DNA of 29,331 nucleotides from a virus (taxonomy: Duplodnaviria; Caudoviricetes). This document shows positions 1-7,603 of this stretch, piece after piece (the first letter of the stretch is position 1; each line of letters begins with the position of its first letter). Made by a program: the position numbers and the translations under genes. The notes beneath the pieces are model-generated. The model worked only from the letters and a program-made list of their open reading frames with translations. It was not told the DNA's origin and did no database searches. Location: positions 1 through 29,331 of the IMG/VR virus record IMGVR_UViG_3300032243_001247. One strand, given 5' to 3'.

Positions 1-931
1 CTTCGTAGGTGTAGCCCAGGGCCAGCAACTCATCACGCATGGTGCCACCGCTTTTGCCCATAGTGGTGGCCAGTGCTTTGGCACCTTGTGCCATTACTCT
101 AGCACCTTCGCCTTGCGTCAAACCCATGTTGCGAATTTCTTCGCTACTTGCCACTGCGGCCGCTGTGAGCTGTTTGATACCCATACCCGAGTCATGCGCT
201 ATGTCGCGCATCTCCATCATGCCGCCGGCAAAACTGGCGCCCACCTTGGTGTACTCTTTTAAGGCATCTGCTGACTTTTGAAATTCTTTGGCAAATATCT
301 CATTGGCCATCTTCAGGATAGTGGTGGCAAAGTCAATCACAGCCTTGGTGGCCGCACTCATTGCATTTACAAATCCTGTACCAACACCACTAAACGGACC
401 CAATATGCCGGCGGCCGCTGTGCCCAGACCTGCGGCCACATCCACTGCGGCCTTGGCGGCCGCTCCGGCCAGGTCAATATTGGTTGACAACATGGTTGCG
501 GCCGCACCAATGGGATTTTCTGCCATCGAATCATAGCTGGTGGCAAATGCAGTGGCCACTGCGGCCGCTGACTGCGCCAAAGTTGAGCCAAAGCCCAACA
601 GAGCATTGCCCACCTGCGAAGCTCCAGTGGATATACTACTGCCCAAGTTCTTCATGTACTTGCTGGTTGTTTCAGCTTGTTGATTGCCCTTGCCAGTTTG
701 TTTGGCTTCTTCTTCTGCGGCCTTGGTGCTCTTCTTACGAGCTTCTGTTTCTTTTTCTTGTGCCTTCAGCAGGTCCTGTGAGTTGCCAGCACCTTTGTTG
801 CCAACCATACCACCACCTGCGCCTCCCTTGCCCTGCATGGCCGCAAGAATCTTCAACATCGTTTCTTCGGATGCGGCATTTTCAGCAACTACATTGCCAA
901 TGCCGGGAATATTTATTTGTACGCTAGCCAT
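1..931 (-). CDS. Tape-measure-like tail protein, N-terminal part (runs off the left edge; absent from the ORF track)
   Basis: ATG at 931 on the - strand. Manual translation MASVQINIPGIGNVVAENAASEETMLKILAAM...AAAKAAVDVAAGLG...EFQKSADALKEYTKVGASFAGGMMEMRDIA...LLALGYTYE stays open to the edge. Ala/Gly-rich helical composition, adjacent to baseplate-hub/chaperone genes, TAAATA upstream. Confidence 0.7.
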   Translation of the reverse strand, partial: MASVQINIPGIGNVVAENAASEETMLKILAAMQGKGGAGGGMVGNKGAGNSQDLLKAQEKETEARKKSTKAAEEEAKQTGKGNQQAETTSKYMKNLGSSISTGASQVGNALLGFGSTLAQSAAAVATAFATSYDSMAENPIGAAATMLSTNIDLAGAAAKAAVDVAAGLGTAAAGILGPFSGVGTGFVNAMSAATKAVIDFATTILKMANEIFAKEFQKSADALKEYTKVGASFAGGMMEMRDIAHDSGMGIKQLTAAAVASSEEIRNMGLTQGEGARVMAQGAKALATTMGKSGGTMRDELLALGYTYE

Positions 932-943
932 GAATTTCCCAGG

Positions 944-967
944 TAAATAGAACTATACATCTATTTA
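944..967. promoter_or_regulatory. Bidirectional late-promoter candidate (TAAATA on both strands)
   Basis: TAAATAGA (944-951), 8-nt spacer, TCTATTTA (960-967) form a perfect inverted repeat between divergent genes. Resembles the T4 gp55 late promoter TATAAATA. GGAG RBS at 969-972 serves the 981 gene. Confidence 0.65.
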
Positions 968-980
968 TGGAGATCAAACC

Positions 981-1835
981 ATGGTGAATAACGCCGCTAG
1001 TAACCCTTTGTTCAAACACTTTAGACAGCCTGCTGTTTATTTGAAGTTGCCCAGCGGGGGACAATACTACCCTGAAGGCACGCTGGATTTCCCTGCCACT
1101 GGCACAATTCCAATTTACCCAATGACAGTCAAAGATGAATTGACACTAAAAACGCCCGATGCGCTGATGAACGGCCAGGGCATGATTGATGTTATACATA
1201 GTTGTTGTCCCAATATCAAGGACGCTTGGGCCATGCCTGCTGTGGATGTGGATGCTGTGTTGATTGCCATTAGATTGGCCAGTTACGGTGCAGAAATGGA
1301 AATAACCACTGCTTGTAAAGAATGCGGTGAAAGCAATGAACACAATGTTGCATTGAATCATCTGCTGGACAATGTCAAAATTGCAGACTACAGCAAACCA
1401 GCATTTTTTGACGATTTGAAGTTTCAATTCAAACCACAGAGCTATCGTCACATCAATGATTTGAACATAATCACTTACGAAGAACAACGTTTGGTAGACA
1501 GCGTGATACGAAACGAAGCCTTGAGCGATGAAGAAAAGGCCACACGATTCACGGTCAGCTTCAACAAACTCAAGCAGATGAATGTGGACTCAATTGCTGT
1601 GTGTATCGAAAGTATCACTGTGGAGGATCAGGAGCCAGTCACAGATAGAAAATTCATCACCGAGTATCTGGAGAATTGCAGTAGAGATTCGTACAATGCT
1701 GTAAAAGAAAAGATTGATACCATCATAAAAGAAAACAAACTGGCACCATTGAAGTTGACCTGTTCAGAATGTCAAAAAGAATACGAGTCAGGATTGGAGT
1801 TTAATCAATCAAATTTTTTCGACAAAGGCTTTTGA
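981..1835 (+). CDS. T4 gp26-like baseplate hub subunit / tail assembly chaperone
   Basis: 284 aa with LKLPSGG and PMTVKDEL motifs, D(V)DAVLIAIRLASYG, two CxxC pairs (CKEC, CSEC) and C-terminal NFF. GGAG RBS. Confidence 0.7.
   Translation: MVNNAASNPLFKHFRQPAVYLKLPSGGQYYPEGTLDFPATGTIPIYPMTVKDELTLKTPDALMNGQGMIDVIHSCCPNIKDAWAMPAVDVDAVLIAIRLASYGAEMEITTACKECGESNEHNVALNHLLDNVKIADYSKPAFFDDLKFQFKPQSYRHINDLNIITYEEQRLVDSVIRNEALSDEEKATRFTVSFNKLKQMNVDSIAVCIESITVEDQEPVTDRKFITEYLENCSRDSYNAVKEKIDTIIKENKLAPLKLTCSECQKEYESGLEFNQSNFFDKGF
1811..1820 (+). promoter_or_regulatory. Candidate programmed -1 ribosomal frameshift site
   Basis: In-frame A AAT TTT (1811-1817) overlaps T TTT TTC (1814-1820). Both fit X XXY YYZ. 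The -1 frame is open from here into ORF 1832-2050. Confidence 0.65.
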
Positions 1836-2050
1836 TTCTCAACAATGAAGAAGTCATTGCTTGGCTAGATAGCCTAGAACGAGATTCAAAAGCCCTAAAA
1901 CGAGAAATAATGCAGTTGTGCTGGTACATGCGAGGCAGTGTGTCATATACCGAAGCCATGGAAATGAGCCCATTGGAGCGTGAAACCATAGTCAAGTTAG
2001 TCAAAGAGAATTTAGAAACTGCTAAGAAATCAGGAATGCCATTCTTCTAA
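1832..2050 (+). CDS. gp51-like small baseplate/tail chaperone domain, probably the C-terminal part of a frameshift product
   Basis: 72 aa, LCWYMRGSVSYTEAMEMSPLERETIVKL. Weak TTG start overlaps the upstream TGA and lies in the -1 frame. Confidence 0.65.
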   Translation: MILNNEEVIAWLDSLERDSKALKREIMQLCWYMRGSVSYTEAMEMSPLERETIVKLVKENLETAKKSGMPFF

Positions 2051-2073
2051 GATCTCTAACGAGATCTGTTGTT
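2050..2073. terminator. Hairpin at a convergent junction (terminator or 3' stem of the ncRNA)
   Basis: AGATCTC-TAAC-GAGATCT (2050-2067) followed by GTTGTTT on +, immediately after the stop codon. Confidence 0.4.
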
Positions 2074-2462
2074 TCGCTTGCGCTCACAACACTGTTTCTC
2101 TGACTTTAGTATCATCCAGATTAATCGGTCACACTTTGCCCGCACAGGGCAAAGAGAGCATCATCCGAGTAGCACGATCACTAGTATTAGAACATTGCAG
2201 AGGCGGTTGTCCGGTACCTCGAGTTCAGTCTTTATCACAACGGCGGATCGACGATAACATACTAGCGTAATTGTCGACCGTGCAGTATCACTACTGCGTC
2301 TTTTTAGCCTTAAAATTTTCTTCAAACAATCAAACCGCGGCCTTTGGCGATCTTCGTCCTGTCAAGGATAGTGATTGAGTGCTCTGCACGGCGCAGAGAC
2401 TTCCGTCCCAGTGACCCGAGGTCCTGTTTTCTTAGGCACACGTTATTTGACTTGTGCGAGTC
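2050..2462 (-). ncRNA. Putative large structured non-coding RNA of unknown family, downstream of the GIY-YIG gene
   Basis: By far the longest intergenic gap in a tightly packed window. At least 8 helices, a long-range stem (GGTCAC 2127-2132 / GTGACC 2411-2416), GNRA loops and G-U wobbles on the - strand, and an 8-bp pseudoknot-like complementarity (2259-2266 with 2180-2187). Confidence 0.65.
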
Positions 2463-2894
2463 TTAACCGTTTAATTTCTTTATGTGGGAGCCATGGACAC
2501 GGACAGAGATTTGTCCGTTGTAGTATTCTTGTGATTCTAGCACTTTGTGTGTAAATTGTTCTCGAGCTTCGATATAACTACATTCGGCCTTGGAGCAACA
2601 GTAGTACATGATTTCTCTTGTAAACTGATCTGCGCCCAAAGCCGCAACATCTTTATTCAATTCATCGTTTGAGCCATAATATGTTTGCCAGTCAGAATCT
2701 ATTTTGCTTCTGATCTTTTTCTTCTTCTTTGTGCCGTTTTTGAGTTTTACTACTTTGTATGTGGTCTTTGCGAATTTCGCTAGTTTTTTACCTATGTATT
2801 TGCGCCCTGATACAAGATTCGTGATGATATAGACAAAGCCCACGCAGTCTTCGGGTAATTCTTGAACTGGTAAACCTTGATAAGTCCATGTCAT
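2463..2894 (-). CDS. GIY-YIG family endonuclease (Seg/EndoII-like, stand-alone)
   Basis: 143 aa with GFVYIITNLVSGRKYIGKK (GIY-YIG motif), DWQTYYGS, F(T)REI, a likely catalytic E in YIEAREQ and YYN. Lys-rich insert KNGTKKKKKIRSK. Confidence 0.85.
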   Translation of the reverse strand: MTWTYQGLPVQELPEDCVGFVYIITNLVSGRKYIGKKLAKFAKTTYKVVKLKNGTKKKKKIRSKIDSDWQTYYGSNDELNKDVAALGADQFTREIMYYCCSKAECSYIEAREQFTHKVLESQEYYNGQISVRVHGSHIKKLNG

Positions 2895-2945
2895 GCATTG
2901 TAATTATGCCTTTGTGTGCCATGATTAAATATTATTAAAATTGTG

Positions 2946-4715
2946 TTACACTATCTCAACATCAGTGTTGTAAGTGGTAAATCCGTTTTCTTTGACCACG
3001 TGCAAGGTGTTGTTCACACGCCCTGCAAGTTCGTCCTTGTGACTCACCAACCAAATTGATTTATTGCTGTCTCTGCTCATCTTCTTGAGAATGGCCAGAC
3101 TGTTTTCAACACCGCTGGAATCCATGCCAGAATCAACCAGTTCGTCGATAAACAACAAGTTGATGGGTTGGTACAGGCTTTCCCACACATCGCGGAATGC
3201 CCACGACAGGCTTAGGATCAGTCGGTTGCGTTCACCACGGCTCAAGTTGTCAAAGTCTAGGTCTCTGCCCAGTTCGGTAATGGCCACAGTCAAGTCGTTG
3301 TTGAATTTTACAGTATGCGGCAAGCCGATGCGATCCAGGTACTGCCCTAGTCTAGCATTCAGGTAACTCAAATTCTGATCAATAATGCGCTTGCGGATAA
3401 AACTGTCTTTGTTGGTCAGCAGTTTCAACAAGAAATCTTGATGCTCTCTCAAACTTACCAGTTCGTTCATAACACCAAAATCAATTTCTTCCAGCGCCTG
3501 CTCGCTCATGTCTTGTATTTGTTCGCTGTAAGGATCCACTTCGGCTTCTTTGGCAGTCAGTTGTGCCAACACACTGGCCATACTCGACCGGTGTTCGAAT
3601 GCATCACTTTCGCGATCGTAAAACACTTTGGGCTGTGTGCCCAATTCACCCAATGCTTGTAGCGAATCGGTATGCTCTATCCACTGCCCGTTGGTTGCCA
3701 GTGCTTGTAGTGCAGTTTCTTGCAGGTCCCGGCGCTTCTTTTCCAACAATGCTTCTTGCTTTTCGTCATGAAACCCTTGCCCACAACTGTGACAGGTATG
3801 ATTTTCCAAACTGGCAATTTCAGCCTTGAGTCGTTCTATGTCTTTCAACTCTCGAGCTTCGTCCAGTTTGCAACGCTGTATCCAGCCAGTTAAATCTTTG
3901 ATTGTTTTTGCTTTTTCGTTGTAGGCCGACAAGGCCATGTGCGCCGCCAGTTCGGTTTCGATATCAATTCGGCTCAGTTCATCAAATGCAGATTGGAATC
4001 GAGCAATATCTTCTGTGTGTTTGGCCTGCCACATGCGCTGGCGTTTACGCAGATTTTCTATCTGTTCTTCTATGCGCCGATTGGCATCGCTCACAGCCTT
4101 GATGCGAAATTCTTCGGCTGTGATGGCATCTTTGGTGGCTTTGCCTAGTTCTTTGAGTCGTTCTGCCTTTTCACTCAGGAGTGTAATGCCCAACAACTGT
4201 TCAATTATGAGTCGTTGATCGTTGGCCTTTAAACTTAAAAAAGGCTCAGTATAAGTGTTGAGTGCCACAATGTGTTTGAACATGTCGTGACTCATGCCCA
4301 ACATGCGTTCAATTTCGGCCTGTGTTTCTCTACTATCGCCTTGACTGTCGTCGGTGATTTCTTTTTCGTTACCACCAATCCAGAATTTCATCACGCCCGG
4401 CTTGCGCCCGCGCTCAATGCGATAGTCAACACCGTCTTTTTCAAAATCAATCGTGACCATCATGCCTTTGCTGTTGGTCTTGTTGATCAGGTTGTCTTTC
4501 TTGATATTGGTAAGGGCGTTGCCGTAAAGGGCATAGGACAGAGCATTAATTATGGTTGTCTTCCCGGTCCCGTTACGAGCTCCTGAGTCATCGCCCCCTA
4601 GGTCTAGGTTTTCGCCCAGCACCAAGGTCAAGTCTCTGCGGTCAAAGTTAACCGCCTGCGTGGTATTGCCCACACTCATAAAGTTACGAACAGTTAAATC
4701 TTTTATTTTAAACAT
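2946..4715 (-). CDS. gp46: Rad50/SbcC-like recombination ATPase (T4 gp46-like)
   Basis: Walker A GARNGTGKT, coiled coils around a CHSC zinc hook, signature LSRGE, Walker B/D-loop LLFIDELVDSGMD, H-loop VSH. Start overlaps the upstream stop (TAATG). Confidence 0.95.
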   Translation of the reverse strand: MFKIKDLTVRNFMSVGNTTQAVNFDRRDLTLVLGENLDLGGDDSGARNGTGKTTIINALSYALYGNALTNIKKDNLINKTNSKGMMVTIDFEKDGVDYRIERGRKPGVMKFWIGGNEKEITDDSQGDSRETQAEIERMLGMSHDMFKHIVALNTYTEPFLSLKANDQRLIIEQLLGITLLSEKAERLKELGKATKDAITAEEFRIKAVSDANRRIEEQIENLRKRQRMWQAKHTEDIARFQSAFDELSRIDIETELAAHMALSAYNEKAKTIKDLTGWIQRCKLDEARELKDIERLKAEIASLENHTCHSCGQGFHDEKQEALLEKKRRDLQETALQALATNGQWIEHTDSLQALGELGTQPKVFYDRESDAFEHRSSMASVLAQLTAKEAEVDPYSEQIQDMSEQALEEIDFGVMNELVSLREHQDFLLKLLTNKDSFIRKRIIDQNLSYLNARLGQYLDRIGLPHTVKFNNDLTVAITELGRDLDFDNLSRGERNRLILSLSWAFRDVWESLYQPINLLFIDELVDSGMDSSGVENSLAILKKMSRDSNKSIWLVSHKDELAGRVNNTLHVVKENGFTTYNTDVEIV

Positions 4716-5731
4716 TAGAGATTTCTATAGATATCTAGTAGTAAGTTCTTGTTAAACTTATCGCTTTCGATGTTGCTGAGCTGTCCTGTGACAATTTGAT
4801 CAACACTTTCAAATTCAATATTGCCTTGAATTTCATACTCTGTTAAATCCGTTACTTTGGCTGGAATCAAGGTGATTTCACGCAGATTATATTGTCCAAT
4901 GAAAGTTTCCTTGATAAAGGTAGCTTCTTCGTAGCTGATGTCAATGTCCAAGTTTACCCGTACGTGCATGTTGGGTTGCAACATCACTTCGGTATGCTTT
5001 AGTACATCACTCAAATTGAACACACGATAGCGCGGTTGGTCAGGCCAGGCATGATAAACCGGATCCTGCCCCCATTCAATGATGGTCAAGCCTCTATCAT
5101 CGTCACCGGCATCGGCGTAGTTGTGCGGAAAGCAGTTGCCAATGTAGGTGATATTCTTTTGTGTTTGGCGTTTGTGAAAGTGCCCAGTGAACACATGATC
5201 AAATCCACCAAAGTGTTCTCTGCGTACTTCACCGTGTTCGGGCATGGCAACCATGGCATTCATCAAGTAGCCAGGCAGTTCAAAATGTCCGAACATGTAT
5301 CGGCCCTTCAGTCGCGGAATCCGTTTATGGTCATCACCACATAACCAAGGTGCGATAACGACATCACCATCACTAAACCAATCGTTACATATTTGTACAT
5401 TGGAGAGATGCTTTGCCCATTCGACACTTTGTATATCGCGTTTATCGCGATAATATAAATCGTGATTTCCAGGAATAAAATAAACACGCTCAAAATTCGC
5501 ATTCAAGTGCTCCAGTGCCTGCAGGCTGTAGCCCAAGGTCAATATGTTGATGCTGGCACGATTGTTGTGCCAGTCGCCCAGAAACATGGCTGTTTCGCAA
5601 CCTTCTTCTCGAGCTTTGGCAGTGGCCCATTTAACAAATGCCAAACAATCTTCATTGTGTAGTACACTATTGCTTTTCAAGCCAAAATGGATATCCGTAA
5701 AGACAGCCGTCTTTTTAAAGAGGTTACTCAT
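4715..5731 (-). CDS. gp47: Mre11/SbcD-like metallophosphoesterase nuclease (T4 gp47-like)
   Basis: Phosphoesterase motifs DIHFG, GDWH, GNHD, GHF, GHFH. Directly upstream of the Rad50 homologue. Confidence 0.95.
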   Translation of the reverse strand: MSNLFKKTAVFTDIHFGLKSNSVLHNEDCLAFVKWATAKAREEGCETAMFLGDWHNNRASINILTLGYSLQALEHLNANFERVYFIPGNHDLYYRDKRDIQSVEWAKHLSNVQICNDWFSDGDVVIAPWLCGDDHKRIPRLKGRYMFGHFELPGYLMNAMVAMPEHGEVRREHFGGFDHVFTGHFHKRQTQKNITYIGNCFPHNYADAGDDDRGLTIIEWGQDPVYHAWPDQPRYRVFNLSDVLKHTEVMLQPNMHVRVNLDIDISYEEATFIKETFIGQYNLREITLIPAKVTDLTEYEIQGNIEFESVDQIVTGQLSNIESDKFNKNLLLDIYRNL

Positions 5732-6617
5732 TGATTAATAAATTTCTTAAATCGGTTGTATTCGTAGGAAACACATCAACATTGTAGCATCTCATGGCCA
5801 GGCCATGCAAGTCTCTTAATGCCCATTGGACAAATGCTTCGTCATACAGACTCAAATTTTGATCAGCCCAATCGTATTCGGTGCCGTTGACTGCGGATTC
5901 GATTATGTGTTGGCACACAGCATCTTTGTTTAGATGACGCTGTAGGCTTAACCATTTTGCAGTTACCAAACCGATGTGTTGGCGATGCTCGTTGCTCCAG
6001 CTCAATCCCAATTGGCCAAACAGTTGATCCAGCGCATTTTCCAGATTGCTGATCAAATTAGGCAATGGCAACACAACACAGTTTCGATCAATGCTGTAGT
6101 ATTTGCTGTAGAAATATCGTGTGCCCAAAATGAAATTTGAAATGGCCTCCCTGGTTTCCCAACGAGCCATTCCTTCTTGCACGTGTGTGTGCAACATATT
6201 TTTAATACCACTACCGCCGGCAATTTTGTCTATGGCATTGTTGATCAACAGTAGAAAATTGGTTTCTGCTGGTTGTATACACACAACATGGGCCAACTGC
6301 GAGCAGTATTGATCTATGTACTCTTGCATGTCTTGCTCGTCGGCATGAGTACGAGCAAACTGTACCACTCCCTCGCTGTTGAGGTATGTGTCTATACCGC
6401 TCAGTTCGGGTGCATTTTGAAAGGTATAGCTGGGCCGTTTGATTTGATTGCCACGAAACCGGTGTGCCGACCCGCTTCGGTCCACAAATGGCCAAGACTG
6501 TTCGCCTGCTGGCAAAACTCCGGTAAAATAATTAAAACACCATTCTAGGAATGTGCCGTAAGCACCTGGCGGATATGCAATAAGGATGGTGTCTTTGTGG
6601 TTATTCGTCTGCGTCAT
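5724..6617 (-). CDS. Hypothetical protein, possibly a degenerate sulfotransferase-like P-loop fold
   Basis: Likely start is ATG 6617 (MTQTNNHKDTILIAYPPGAYGTFLEWC), preceded by GGTGG. The N-terminal beta strand plus YPPGAYGTF resembles a PAPS-binding loop. Overlaps both neighbours. Confidence 0.6.
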   Translation of the reverse strand: MTQTNNHKDTILIAYPPGAYGTFLEWCFNYFTGVLPAGEQSWPFVDRSGSAHRFRGNQIKRPSYTFQNAPELSGIDTYLNSEGVVQFARTHADEQDMQEYIDQYCSQLAHVVCIQPAETNFLLLINNAIDKIAGGSGIKNMLHTHVQEGMARWETREAISNFILGTRYFYSKYYSIDRNCVVLPLPNLISNLENALDQLFGQLGLSWSNEHRQHIGLVTAKWLSLQRHLNKDAVCQHIIESAVNGTEYDWADQNLSLYDEAFVQWALRDLHGLAMRCYNVDVFPTNTTDLRNLLINE

Positions 6618-7500
6618 ACCCACCGCCACCACCACCCCAAGTGCCGCCTTGTCCTTGGCGTGTGTAGCTGGGTGTAAGTCCATTCATTTCTAATATGTCA
6701 TCACGCAGGTTTTGGCTACGCTTTTCAATATTCAAGACACGAGTAAAGCTATTAGTGATAGCGGCAGTATAATACGCAAAAGGGTTCTGCGATTTTGATT
6801 CATCAAATTGCAATCCGATTTGACTGAGTTGTAACAGGGCTTGGCTTCGCATTTCGTCATTGTAGGTATATCCTCTCCAGTTTGATCTTGTGGCATAACG
6901 CTCACACAACTTCATAAACATGTGCGCCAGTGTTTTGGTCATGGCACCGTGGTCCTTGCTGAATTCCCCAGTAATCAAATCGCCACGCCAATGACTTTTG
7001 CCCACCAAGTAAGGTGTACCATCTTCGGCCACCTTGTAGTGAAAAAATGGAGGGAAATTGCATTTGGTATACTTGGTGGGTGCCTTGACCACATCGGGAT
7101 CGTCATACTCGGTTAGCAATTCTTCTTCAATCACAACAGCACCTTTTTTGACCTTGGGCGCGGCAGCCGGCACATGTTCCCAGGTCATAACCCTAAATAC
7201 CACATCTTCTGCGGCGACTTCTTTGAGTCGGACTTCAAAATCTTCTAATCTTTTCTTATTGGCTTTGGCAGTACCGTCTATGTTGGCCAAATCAAATGCG
7301 GCCTTGGTCAGTCGGTCTGCACGGAGTCGTCGTGCTTCCAGTATGTTTTTTTTGTTTATCTTGGCCACATCCAACAAAATCATATCATAGTCTGCATAAC
7401 TGGGATCCAAATAGGTGCAGTATGTGTTTTTGCTTTTGTGTATTTCTTTCAGTATGTCTTTATTATTGAGATAATTTTTAACTTTAATTGGTGGTATCAC
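6601..7500 (-). CDS. gp55: Late-transcription sigma factor (T4 gp55-like)
   Basis: NYLNNKDILKEI; KLCERYATRSNWRGYTYNDEM; FDESKSQNPFAYYT...NSFTRVLNIEKR match gp55 family motifs. Linked to gp47/gp46 as in T4. GTG start with AGGA RBS (7511-7514). Confidence 0.85.
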   Translation of the reverse strand: MIPPIKVKNYLNNKDILKEIHKSKNTYCTYLDPSYADYDMILLDVAKINKKNILEARRLRADRLTKAAFDLANIDGTAKANKKRLEDFEVRLKEVAAEDVVFRVMTWEHVPAAAPKVKKGAVVIEEELLTEYDDPDVVKAPTKYTKCNFPPFFHYKVAEDGTPYLVGKSHWRGDLITGEFSKDHGAMTKTLAHMFMKLCERYATRSNWRGYTYNDEMRSQALLQLSQIGLQFDESKSQNPFAYYTAAITNSFTRVLNIEKRSQNLRDDILEMNGLTPSYTRQGQGGTWGGGGGGYDADE

Positions 7501-7531
7501 GATAACATGTTCCTTTTACATAGTTGTGCCT

Positions 7532-7561
7532 ATGTTAACATATTTACTACTGCAAGGTCAA
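7532..7561 (-). promoter_or_regulatory. Sigma70-like promoter candidate with a nested TAAATA, upstream of the gp55-gp47-gp46 operon
   Basis: - strand TTGACC (7561-7556), 18 nt, then TAACAT (7537-7532) with an extended TGn. TAAATA at 7546-7541 lies in the spacer. Confidence 0.4.
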
Positions 7562-7603
7562 CCTTTTAATACAAAATCTTTATAGTAGCATATTTTAAAG
7601 CCC

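Noticed and set aside
39-950. Several + strand ORFs in the track (39-281, 288-536, 484-927, 684-950)
   Set aside because: Antisense shadows of the long - strand tape-measure-like frame starting at 931.
2069-2257. 62-aa + strand ORF in the intergenic region
   Set aside because: Non-ATG start, no RBS, unprotein-like composition. The region is better explained by RNA structure.
2050-2894. Group I/II intron with homing endonuclease, RNase P RNA, tmRNA or hammerhead ribozyme as the identity of the structured region
   Set aside because: The flanking genes are convergent and intact, so there is no interrupted exon. By eye I found no group I P7 core, group II domain V, RNase P terminal conserved region, tRNA-like CCA end or exact CUGAUGA/GAAA core. 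A covariance-model search is still needed to exclude divergent members.
2926-2931. + strand TAAATA pointing antisense into gp46
   Set aside because: Lies in a very AT-rich spacer with no downstream sense gene, so likely chance.
6618-6683. 22-codon N-terminal extension of ORF 5724-6683
   Set aside because: Overlaps deep into the sigma gene. ATG 6617 with a GGTGG RBS is more plausible.
7497-7508. Mini-uORF ATG-TTA-TCG-TGA overlapping the sigma GTG start (- strand)
   Set aside because: Only 2 nt from the AGGA RBS, too close for initiation. The GTG at 10 nt fits better.
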